In this document: one piece after another, positions 11,686-22,603 of the stretch
Position numbering within the stretch: the stretch's first letter is position 1
Layout: every line of letters begins with the position of its first letter
Origin: Ginglymostoma cirratum
Taxonomy: Eukaryota
Direction: 5' to 3'
DNA length: 64,000 nt
Assembly: GCA_024137785.1 (NCBI GenBank)
Contig: JAHRHZ010000133.1
Location: 25,037,874-25,101,873, forward strand
Position numbers and translations under genes: made by a program
Notes under the pieces: model-generated
Told to the model about the DNA's origin: nothing
Seen by the model: only the letters and a program-made list of their open reading frames with translations
Databases searched by the model: none

Positions 11686-14600
11686 GCCTGTATTGCTCGG
11701 GGGGAGGAAGCGAGCGTTTTGGAGAATGAACAGATACTGTGGAACCTGACTTTACACTGAGCCCGTTTTATTGAATACTTCTTTGTTTCCATCTGTGAAC
11801 CTTCGTGCGTTGTGCTAAAAGCAAATGTTATTTTGCTTCATGTGTAGGATATCGCTTGTAATGATTTCGGTCAACGGTCCAAACAGTCAACAAGTAATAG
11901 ATGAGCAGATCAATTATTGCATTATTATCTGTTTTAGTCACTCTGCCTCTGTTTGACGACTTGTGTAGTCGTCATACCGTTAAATTATTTCCCAGTTGTG
12001 CTTTCAATAGTGACATTCGTTATTTATAGATTCAGACTTTATGTTGTATTTTAAATTTGTGCAACTATTTAAGCTTGGACATTTTTTTTTTTTTTCGTAA
12101 TTCGAATATCGACCGGTTATTTGCGGCCGTATTTTATAAAGTGTTAATATTTCATCCTATTTGACACGGTCGAGAATGCCTGGTTCAGAGGTTGTGAGAG
12201 ACTAAAGTTTAGAACATAAATGAAGAATTTTAATATGTCGTAAAACGTGCGTCCTATTATTCGATGGTCATAAAAGCCAGGGATGGGCGGATTCGTGGAA
12301 AATCTAGAGAGGCTGTGATGCGAAGGTAGTTACACCGCTTTTGTATGTTGTGTACTATCAGCACAGACTGTTACAAGAGCGTGTCGAGACAAGCAACTCA
12401 TTTGGACTAGGTGCTGAGGGAGAGAACTGCTATAGGTAGATATGACACAAAGCGCCTGTCACCGCCAGTTTGATCTTTGCTGTGCTGCGTATGGGACTGG
12501 GTTTTAATATTTATAATTATTCATTTTGGCCTTGTTAAAACTACCCACAAAGCGAACGAATCAACAAATGAGAATAATTATTAAAATAGCCTATGAATAA
12601 CATGGAGCCAATATCACCGCATGAGAATACAGTACAAAATATTCATTATTTCTGTAGTTTAAAAAAGGGAGCTTCCATTTCCAGGGCAGTAGCTCCAGTT
12701 GCAATGATAAACACGAATATGGGAATGGAAGTAGTTCTGTCAGACAATCTCTGTTTTCCCCAATTCCCGACCGCTACCACTGGGTATTCATAAACAACCA
12801 GCAAACAAAACGTTACTACAAAGAGGACACAAAGGACCACGGGGGACTCACATTACAAGCCTGACATTACAATTAATTTTCACACTTTATCGGCCCAGAT
12901 ATTGAAGTCAAAAACCATACATAAGATTAAAGATTTTCTCCCTTTAAAAGATCGATTTTCACAACAACTGCTATTTACGAACAGTGGTATCAATTAAGTT
13001 CCACCAGAATTTGTGAAAGTAGGAACGGTTCATTCAATACAGTCGAGATAGCATTGTTTACATGAGCATCGATTTTCCTACGCCGTTTCTTTGTGTGGTC
13101 CCAGATCTCTTTAAATGGATGAGATACCGCGCGAGGCAAAACGCGAAACAAATAACATTTAATACAGAAAGAACAATTGTTTGAACGCTATCGGAATGAG
13201 ATGACAGCGTTTTACACATTTTCTAGTGAAGCTTTCTGGTTTGATCGTAGTTTTCAAAAGAACAAGTTTAGTTGGAGGCGACCTTTTGCAGGTTGCTGTT
13301 TAAAGGAACTCCTCATTGTAACCTATAAAAAGATGTGCTATATGGTTTAATCACAAGTGAACAGAATTTTCATTTCTGTATGGTTACGTCGAGTATTTTA
13401 GATTTTTCTTTCATTGGAAGCTCACCGTCTTTTGATGGGAAACGTCAAAGATTCTTTCCCCTGTTAAAAATCTGAGGCGTCACGTTATTTGCGATTCAAG
13501 TCAATATTTGAAATCATTTTGTTAATGCTGCGCTTCCATGAAATAAACAAGCAACTCACATTGTCTATTAACCGCAGTAGCTTACAGTATCATCTGCGAT
13601 GTAGATTTGCAGACTACTGCAAATTACATTATCGTGTGTATGAAAGGAAAGGTTACCATAGCCTGCCGTCACGGAATGTACATTTCAATCAAATAAAGGA
13701 TGCGGTAATTGACAAACATAAATATCAGGGATTTAATTGGATTTGGTACTAATTTGAACATGCCCTAACGCCAATTGTTCTATGTTAAATGAAAGTACTC
13801 TCCGCCAAAAAAAAAGATATTGGAAGACGCTGGAGGATTCGTTGTTTATGTTTTACATCAGACCCGATATAGAAACACGAGGCATACTCCTCTTAACCAT
13901 TTCAATTTCAGCCTAATATCGTTTGCACCACGCAATGGTTTTGTTAATTGTAAGCGATCACCGTTTGCGAGCGTATCTTTAGGAAAGCGAAAAGAGATCG
14001 CAGCCATTCAGGCGCATCTTTTAATATTTGAGAAATCAAACCCCACTGACAGCCATTCCTACACCCAAGTCGCCTTGCCATAACTCAGTACCTGAGCAGA
14101 CCGGAAATAGCCAATCAGCATGCCCAACTAATAAATGGCGTGAATAATACTGCTCTGATTTTTTTTTATTCTATCCCATGGAAGTATTGATTAGAATATG
14201 TTAGTGGCTTATTTTAAGGTAGGGAACCATGCAACTTAGGGCCTTCTGTACAATCTTGCAATACGCATAACTGTTGCTTATTTGAAATGTTTGAAATAAT
14301 GAGAACTAATTTATTTTCTCCAACACACTTTATTTTAAGTTCTATATTTCAAGACCACTTCAACCTTCAGTCAGAATCATTAATAGAAAAGAATCGCTTT
14401 GACCTTCGATCATTTCAGATGATTTTTCTTTTAAAAAAAACACAAAAAGCAATTAGGAAATTATTCACTAGCGTTATTTATTTTCTGGTTAGGACTATAT
14501 TATTTGTTTGACTTCTCCAGCTTTAGTAGGTTGCAAATAAGTTTCTCTCTGTCATCAGTAAATTACTGGATTATTTTTATTCGCAATGCCAGGACCTCTG

Positions 14601-17600
14601 CAGTGTAAATGTGGGATATATTATACTGAATACCTAGATCCGAACCAGAGTTGTTCAACACCCACATAGTAAATTATTCAGTCTGTTGAGACGCGTTTAC
14701 AAGGGTGTTGAAGCTTTATGCTCAATAAACCGAGGACAGTCCGTTTTTCAAATCGATTGTTCGTCATATCTAAATGTGGTGTTGCGTGCTTTTTCGCTTT
14801 CTCTTTCATGGGCACCTCAGTCCCCGCATGTTTGAGAGAGTGCACTGTCGGGCTATCAACAAGAGAAACTTATGGATAATTATATTATCACGCAAACAAT
14901 GGTTTCTATCTTCTGCTGTATTTCGGCTATAGGCCATACAACAATAACCTGCCCACCTCAATCCCATGTTTCTCTTGCTTAGGGCACTCCCTGGGCATTG
15001 TTTGAATGTCATTTCTGTTTTTTTTAATTTTTATGACTGCTTCACCTACTCATTGCGAAGCAGTTTTGTTTACATTGGAACAAACCGGGAATAAGCGACC
15101 ATCTCCCAGGTTTGTGTGTGCGTGTGTGTTTTCTTTCCTGCAGTTTTGAAGGAAATTTCCCAGTGACACAATGTTATGATGGAAAGATGCTGCAAATGAC
15201 AGCGCCGGTAAACGTTCGTCTTAATCATCGGGCTCTTAATTTAGTTTGGTGCTGGTTTTTGGAGTGAGCAGCCGCTGACAACCTACAGGGAGTTAATGAG
15301 TGACAAGGCAGGGCTGCTACACCAAGTAACACTTTCCTGGTGCGAAGACCGCTAACTGGGAAGTTTAGTTCACTACTGTTTTCGCAAACCTAATAATATA
15401 ACCTGTAACAAAAACCACTTAAGAAACATGCAGCACGCTAAATACAGAAACTTTCAATCACTAATTATTAGCGCCTGCAGTCAGTTAAGTGTCTTACTTA
15501 GTTACACGGAGAATGTAATCGCCGATTCCTTCACTGGTCTGGCAACCGTTCACATTCATTTGCAAACATTGTTTTTTTTTTAAAGAAAGCCTTCTGCCAA
15601 TTATACAAATATATTTCTGTTGAAATTCAGGGCATGTCTGCGTCTGTTTTGTGCAAAATGGCGCCGGGGGTAGCACTTTAGCCAAACCCGCAAACAATTT
15701 CCGAAGTGTAGTGCTGTGAATTTCTTGAAAATCATCAATTCTATTGAGTACTGAGACCTTACTGAGATAATGGTTACTTAAGTTTTTGTCATCATTCCAG
15801 GGGAGTCGGCAATGAGATTGTATTTCTGTTCTAATATTTTTGCTCTACCATGCCAGCCGGATCGACCTAATAAGTAGCACAAAGGACACTTGGGGGAGAT
15901 TGCGGGTTACTGTTCCAACTTTATTTGACCACACCAGTAAATCCGTTACATTTGAATACTGAATGCATACAAGATATGAACAATCTATATTTTTATATGC
16001 AACGTACAAAATAACACATTGTTTTATTTAATCCAAGCTGATAAATAGCACACTTTTAAAATCATGATGGCGTATTCGTATGAAAAGGTCCTCAGCTCCT
16101 CACGTCGGTAAGGGGCATGGAATACCCACAAGTCCACTTCTGTGCACGGTGTCTTTTGGATGTAAAACGTAAAATTTCTGCAGCAGACCCAAAAAAAAGA
16201 CTGTATTACTTTAAAAGAAACAGCAGTGTCAAAACGCTAAACTTGCAGAAGGCAAAAAGTAAAACCACCTTAAAAATATACTTCCATACATACATTTACA
16301 GACAAAACCATTGTGTTGAATCTTATTTTCTTAGGGGGAAACAGCCTTCGTCCAGATTGATTCGAAAACCTTTCTCAGTAGCTCTCGCTACTTTTGGTCC
16401 GCTTTTGCCTTTGTTTGGTTCAGGCGTCTGTTCATGTTCTGATTCTGACCCGTTCTGGTAATGACCATTTCTTTTCACATTGACGCTGTTTTTGTTCATT
16501 GCTGCAGTAATTTCTGCACTGACCGTGTGGATTATTATGGCGATTAAGGTGATTCGAATGAACAGTAGATTAAGTTGCCTGCTCAAATATTAAATAGAAT
16601 ATCAAAAAAAAAGTTGTCTTCAATCAGGTTTCATTAAATGTTAGAAACCCAATTCCAAATGTGTAACATTCGCAGCAATCTGTTGGGTTCCCTGTGTCAA
16701 CATTTAATTCATTTTGTGGCAACATATGAATCTTAAATTATATTAAACAAGCAGAATTCAATATATTATAATACACTAGAAATAGTACGCCTAGCTTATT
16801 TTTTTCTCAGTATCCCAGAATCAGCTTGAGATACACGTTAGTAAACTGGGTTTGAAATAGTTATGTAAGAACTCTGAAGTATTACTAAACCACAGCAACA
16901 ACGTGGTTCAGTACAAACAACAGCTGGGTCTAGTTTTTTTTAGAAAAGTTACCATTCAATGACCGCTTGCTCATATGAGCATGCAATCAGTTAATCTCGC
17001 TTTCTTCTTTGTGTTAATCAACACTTTCCTCGCTGCATATCAGAGTACAAGTATTGGAGTTACTCCACATCAGTAAATGTTTATGTAACCTGTCCTTTCC
17101 CAGGAATCCGGTTACGCCAAATCATTTCATGCTAGACTGAATAAGAAAACGAGCAGGTCAGGCTAGACTTTAAATATATACCGAGAAAATAAGCGAACGG
17201 TTCACAATCTATTCCCTTGAAATAGACGCGCGCGCCCCCTCCGACACAGCGTATGAAACCATTTACGACCTTCCTTAGATTTTACTGACGACCTTTTGGC
17301 CTCAAATATTCTACTGGTTTAAAACGAGGAGCTCCCTTAACAGATTTGTGCTTATCATGCATCACCATATCAAAAAAAAGTCCAAGTATTTAATGGCTTG
17401 ACGTATCTGAACACACTTTAGAGATTAGTTTAGTGCTGGAACATATAAGTTTCTTGTTAAAGGCTTTTTAAAAAAGCAATCAAATCCATGCACTGTCCCA
17501 TTTATCATGCAGCCTCAGTTTGACTTTACCTATGGGCAATGTTTCTTGCTGCCGACTTTTAATGCTATTACGCAGTGAAAATACTGATCACTTTGTACTA

Positions 17601-18469
17601 ATTCGGGCAGTTATCTGTGTTAAAACGCCTGCGGAATACAGAAACAAGGTCAGGGACATATTTGTAGTTTACTCCCGGAATATAATGAGGTTAAAGACGA
17701 GAGCTGCCGTTTACCGCGAGAATGGCATCCGAATCCAGTGGGCGGCTGGTTTGTTCAGGAATTCAATGCACAGAGTATGAGCGCGGCCTTCGCTTTGACG
17801 CACCCAGGCGCTTCTGCAGTTCGAGGTTAATGTTTGTAGGCAACGCGACATCCCGGCTTCACTTGGCGTGAACCTATCGAATGAATTACCCCAGGTCCAA
17901 GCAAAGCAGGAAAAGATAGGATAAATATTGACATGTTTTAAGACACCGTATCAGCAAAACAGCAAACTCACATATATGATTAAGCGCATCTCATATTTTA
18001 TAAACATATTAGTTAATAGTTAAAACTTAAGAAATGAAACAAAGGCTGATATAAAGAACCCAGGATGTACAGCACGTTTACAGGCCAGTAACACTTATCT
18101 ACAACCCAAGATTGACATCTGCTACTTCAGAGTTCCTTCCTTGTAATAAGCAGAGAACTGGTCTATATAAACAGGATTTTGTTGTATTTGGACCGAGATA
18201 AAGTAACAATCAATCTACAACTGATTGTCAACATGCCCCATCCGCCATCATGGATCCAAAATGACTGACAGCACAACAGTCAGAGCGAAAGATAGAGAGT
18301 TCACATGGAATGAACAGACTCAGGAAGACTGTGACAGGTCACGCAGGGGATGTCGGTTTGGAGTCAGCGGAAGGGTGCTCTGGAATCAGGCTCATAATGT
18401 CAACCGGCCACTCTGCAGCCCCCAGTCCCTGCCCACCACTATCCCCCCACAGCCGCCACAAATTCCCAA

Positions 18470-20345
18470 GTATTACTACTGCCCCAGCCCCTGTCGCCGG
18501 TATTTCTCCCATTCCCCGCCCCCAGCGCTTGATCCAACCCGGGCTCCTGGCCCCAATCCGAGTTCCCACCCCCCAATACCTGATCCAACCCTGCCTCCAG
18601 CCCTGACCCAACCTGGCTCCTGCTCCCAAACCCTGACCCAGTCCCAGTCCCTGGCCCAAACCTGGCTCCTGCCCCCAACCCCTGACCCAGTCCCAGTGCC
18701 TGCCTCCAGCCCCGACCAAACTGGGCTCCTGCCTCCAATTCCTGATCCACCCATCTCCCAACACCTAACCCCTGGTCCAACCCTGGCTCCCAACACCCAT
18801 CCCTGATCCAACCTCAGCTCCTGCCCCTAATCCCTGATCCGACCCTGGCTCCCATTCTCCCAACTCCTGATCAAACCCTGAGTCCTGCTCCCAACTCCTG
18901 CTCCAGACCTAGTCCCTGCCTCCAGTCCCTGACCCAAACCCTGATCCAGCCCCCAACCCCTAATACCACCCCAGCTCACAACCGCCAACCCATGATCCAA
19001 CCACAGCTCCCGCTCTCCATCCCTGATCCAACACTGGCTCCAGACCCCAAACCATCATCCAACAATGGCTCCCACCACCCCCATTCCTGATCCAACACCG
19101 GCTTCCACACCCATAACCCCTGATCCAACTCTGGCACCCACCCCCAATCCCTGATCCAACCCTAGTTCCTTTACCCAATCCCTGATCCAACATCGGCTCC
19201 CACCTCCCAACCCCTGCACTAACATCGGCTTCCATCCCCCTCCCCCACCCTGATCCAACCCCAGCTCCCAACCCCCAATCCGTCATCTAACCCCGGCTCC
19301 CACCCCACCCAATCCCTGATCCAACCCCAGCTCCTGTACCCAATCCCTGACCCATCCCCAGCTCCCACCCTTGCCCAACCCCTGACCCAACCCCACCTCC
19401 TGCCCGCCAAATCTCTGACCCAACCTTCCCCCATGTCCTGGTCCAAACACAGCTCCTGCACCCCAATCCTTGACCCAACCCCTGCTCCCACCCTTGCCCA
19501 ATCCCTGATCCAACCCCGGCTCCAAACTCCCAATCCCTGACCTAACCCCTACTCCTGTCCCCCAACCTCTGATCCAACACCGCCTGCCAAACTGAACTAC
19601 TGATCCAACCTCAGCTCCTGCCTCAAATCCCCGATCCAACCCCGGCTCCCACCCACCCAATCCCTGATCCAACACTGCCTCCCACATCCAATCCCTGATC
19701 CAACACCGCCTCCCACATGCAATCTCTGATCCAACACTGCCTCCCACATCCAACCGCTGATCTAACCCCGCCTCCTACCCCAACCCCTGATCTAACCCGG
19801 CTCCCAACCCCAACCCCTGACATAACCCCACTTCCCGCCCCCCAACCCCTAATCAAACCCCAGCTTCTGCTTCCAACCCCTGATGTAACCCCACCTCCTG
19901 CTCCCCTCCCCCCAAATCTCTGATCCAACCCCAGCTGCTACTCCCAACGCCTGATCTAAACCTGGCTCCCATCCCCCATGTCCTGGTCCAAACACAGCTC
20001 CTGCACCCCAATCCTTGATCCAATCCCGGCTACCACCCTCAATCCCTGAACCAAACCCGGCTCCTGTCCCCAACCCTGATCCAACCCCAGCTCCCGCCCC
20101 CCTCATCCCCAATCTAACACCGGCTGTTGTCCCCAACCCCGATCGAACCCTGACTCCCACATCCTCCCCCGACTCCTGATCCGACCCTGGCTCCTGCTCC
20201 CAATCCCTGATCCAATCTTGTTGCAGTCTCCTACCCCGATTCCCAACTCGAGAGCTCCCTGGCTCCTGCACCAGTCTCCCGTCAGAGCCTAGTTTCTGCC
20301 ATCCAGCCCCTTATCTAATCCTGACTCTTGCCCCCGGCTCCAGCT
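18470..20345. repeat. C-rich degenerate minisatellite, unit ~30-35 bp (core CCCTGATCCAACCCCRGCTCC)
   Basis: Dozens of imperfect tandem copies with extreme C-over-G skew on the + strand, and an identical 47 bp block at 19427-19473 and 19972-20018. Confidence 0.95.
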
Positions 20346-20784
20346 CTGCCCTGAGTCAAGTTTTCTAACACTGAGGCAGCGCAACATCAAACACAAACAC
20401 ATGAACCAGGGATTCTTGCTCTGCGTGGGCCTGGGAGATGTGTTTGGGGTGGAATTACAAGGGTGCGTGTGGAGGGATGGGAGGCAGGAGAGGTGCGGTG
20501 TGGGGGCGGGATGGGGGGGGTGAGGGGAATGCAGGGGCTTCTCTCACTGTCAACCCTTGACTGCAGCCACTCACAACGCATCCGAACTGGGGACTGGAGC
20601 CTGGGACCCCGAGAAAATAGTTCTGCTCCTCTTCCTCCTCCTCCTCCTGGAGTTCAATTCCCGGCCTGCGTTAAATTTAAAAAAAAGAGATGGAGAGACA
20701 ACAAAATGACAATAAGAGAAAATCCACAAACTTTTCAAAATAATAGAATGGAAGCGTGCTGAGAAAAGCAACCACCATCCGGAG

Positions 20785-20838
20785 GAGATAGTAGGAACTG
20801 CAGATGCTGGAGTGGCCTGCTGTGTTCACCCAGCTCTA
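20785..20838. mobile_element. 54 bp internally inverted Penelope-like insertion with 12 bp TSD
   Basis: GAGATAGTAGGAACTGCAGATGCTGGAG joined to TGGCCTGCTGTGTTCACCCAGCTCTA, the opposite orientation of the same family. Flanked by CACCATCCGGAG (20773-20784) and CACCACCCGGAG (20839-20850). Confidence 0.8.
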
Positions 20839-20999
20839 CACCACCCGGAGCATTTGGTTGGGTGGGGGTGGGGTGGGGGGAGGTGAGGTAAGGAGTGAGT
20901 GCAGAGTGGAATGGGAAGTGGAGGTTTGTGTGTGGAGTGTTGGGGGAGGGGGGGGGTGATTGGAGGGTGCTGCTTGGGACGGGGTTGGGGGGGTTGGGG

Positions 21000-21373
21000 T
21001 GGCGGTGACGCGGCTTTGACCTCTTTCCACGCCCTGGCGCTGTAGTGTTCCGCCAGCAGGAGGAGGAGGAGGAGGCGGAGAGGGGGCGCGGCGCTGATTG
21101 GCTGCGGCGCGGGGCGACGCGCAGGCGCGCCGGCGGCTGTGATTGGGCAGCCAGGGGCCGGGCTCCATGGGCGCGGAGCTGCCTGGCTCCGAGCGACCTC
21201 TTCTTAAGAACATGAAGTAGTGGCTCTTTTTTTTTACTACACGGAGTTGCCAACGTTTGTGCGATTTGCGGTCCAACTGTGCTGCGGCGATCACAATTTA
21301 TTTTTTTTATTATTATTATATTTTTTTCTCGGGATTTTTTTCGGGAAAAAAATCCCCCGTGTGTGTGTGTGTG
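21000..21373 (+). promoter_or_regulatory. FOXG1 CpG-island promoter and 5'UTR
   Basis: High GC/CpG, a (GGA)n tract and two reverse CCAAT boxes (ATTGG at 21097-21101 and 21142-21146, each in a TGATTGG context) directly upstream of the ATG. The TSS cannot be determined from sequence. Confidence 0.75.
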
Positions 21374-22603
21374 ATGTTGGACATGGGAGATAAGAAAGAA
21401 GTGAAGATGATCCCCAAGTCTTCGTTCAGCATAAACAGCCTGGTGCCCGAAGCGGTGCAGAGTGACAGCCGCCAGCGCGCTGGCCCCGAGCACGATGACA
21501 AGCCATGCTTGCCAGCTCTCGACACCAAGCCGGAGAACGCCGGCGGCAAAAGCGAGAGCAGCTCGTCGGATCCAGTCGGCTCGGACGACAAGGACAAGCC
21601 CGAGGAGAAGAAGGCCGACGGCAAGGAGGCAGACGCCGGCAAGGAGGGCGAGAAGAAGAACGGCAAGTACGAGAAGCCCCCGTTCAGCTACAACGCCCTG
21701 ATCATGATGGCCATCCGTCAGAGCCCCGAGAAGCGGCTCACCCTCAACGGCATCTACGAGTTCATCATGAAGAACTTCCCGTATTACCGGGAGAACAAGC
21801 AGGGCTGGCAGAACTCCATCCGACACAACCTCAGCCTGAACAAGTGCTTCGTCAAGGTGCCGAGGCATTACGACGACCCTGGGAAGGGCAATTACTGGAT
21901 GCTGGACCCATCGAGCGATGATGTCTTTATAGGCGGCACCACGGGCAAGCTCCGCCGGAGATCCACCACCTCTCGGGCCAAGTTAGCCTTCAAGCGGGGA
22001 GCGCGCCTCACCTCCACCGGCCTGACATTCATGGACAGGGCAGGTTCCTTATACTGGCCGGTTTCGCCATTCCTGTCCCTCCATCATCCCCGAGCCAGCA
22101 GTACCTTGAGTTATAATGGAACCACCTCACCTTATCCCAGCCACCCGATGTCCTACAGCTCGGTGTTAACTCAGAACTCTCTGGCAAACAACCACTCCTT
22201 TCCAACTTCAAATGGCTTAAGTGTAGATAGACTTGTGAACGGAGAAATTCCTTACGCCACCCACCACCTAACGGCTGCAGCCGCCTTGGCTGCCTCGGTG
22301 CCGTGCGGTTTGTCTGTTCCATGCTCCGGCACGTATTCGTTAAACCCCTGCTCGGTAAACCTTCTGGCAGGACAGACGAGTTACTTTTTCCCCCATGTTC
22401 CTCATCCTTCAATGACTTCTCAAAGCAGCACTTCAATGACGGCTAGGACAGCGTCGTCCACGTCTCCACAGGCGCCTTCAACTCTCCCCTGTGAATCTCT
22501 AAGACCTTCTTTGCCAAGTTTCTCCACAGGACTTTCTGGAGGACTTTCTGACTACTTCACACATCAAAACCAGGGGCCCTCTTCAAACCCTCTAATACAC
22601 TAA
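21374..22603 (+). CDS. FOXG1: Forkhead box protein G1 (BF-1), single coding exon, 409 aa
   Basis: Starts [24 protein letters not shown] (eh1-like motif, Ser19). Forkhead domain [31 protein letters not shown]...[10 protein letters not shown] starts at 21674, followed by RRRSTT, YWPxSPF and C-terminus SSNPLIH, all near-identical to vertebrate FOXG1. Confidence 0.99.
   Translation: MLDMGDKKEVKMIPKSSFSINSLVPEAVQSDSRQRAGPEHDDKPCLPALDTKPENAGGKSESSSSDPVGSDDKDKPEEKKADGKEADAGKEGEKKNGKYEKPPFSYNALIMMAIRQSPEKRLTLNGIYEFIMKNFPYYRENKQGWQNSIRHNLSLNKCFVKVPRHYDDPGKGNYWMLDPSSDDVFIGGTTGKLRRRSTTSRAKLAFKRGARLTSTGLTFMDRAGSLYWPVSPFLSLHHPRASSTLSYNGTTSPYPSHPMSYSSVLTQNSLANNHSFPTSNGLSVDRLVNGEIPYATHHLTAAAALAASVPCGLSVPCSGTYSLNPCSVNLLAGQTSYFFPHVPHPSMTSQSSTSMTARTASSTSPQAPSTLPCESLRPSLPSFSTGLSGGLSDYFTHQNQGPSSNPLIH

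Noticed and set aside
18225-20271. Pro-rich and Gly/Trp-rich ORFs
   Set aside because: Translations of the minisatellite in several frames, with no stable frame.
18470-20345. Possible CRISPR array or interstitial telomere
   Set aside because: Eukaryotic context, no cas genes, degenerate units without unique spacers, and only isolated CCCTAA-like hexamers rather than tandem telomeric repeats.
21257-21373. 39-aa N-terminal extension in the 448 aa ORF call
   Set aside because: It starts at TTG and runs through T-rich and (GT)n low-complexity leader. The conserved FOXG1 start is MLDMG at 21374.
20735-21868. 377 aa antisense ORF and other ORFs overlapping FOXG1
   Set aside because: Expected shadow of a GC3-rich coding strand and GC-rich promoter, with no recognisable domain.
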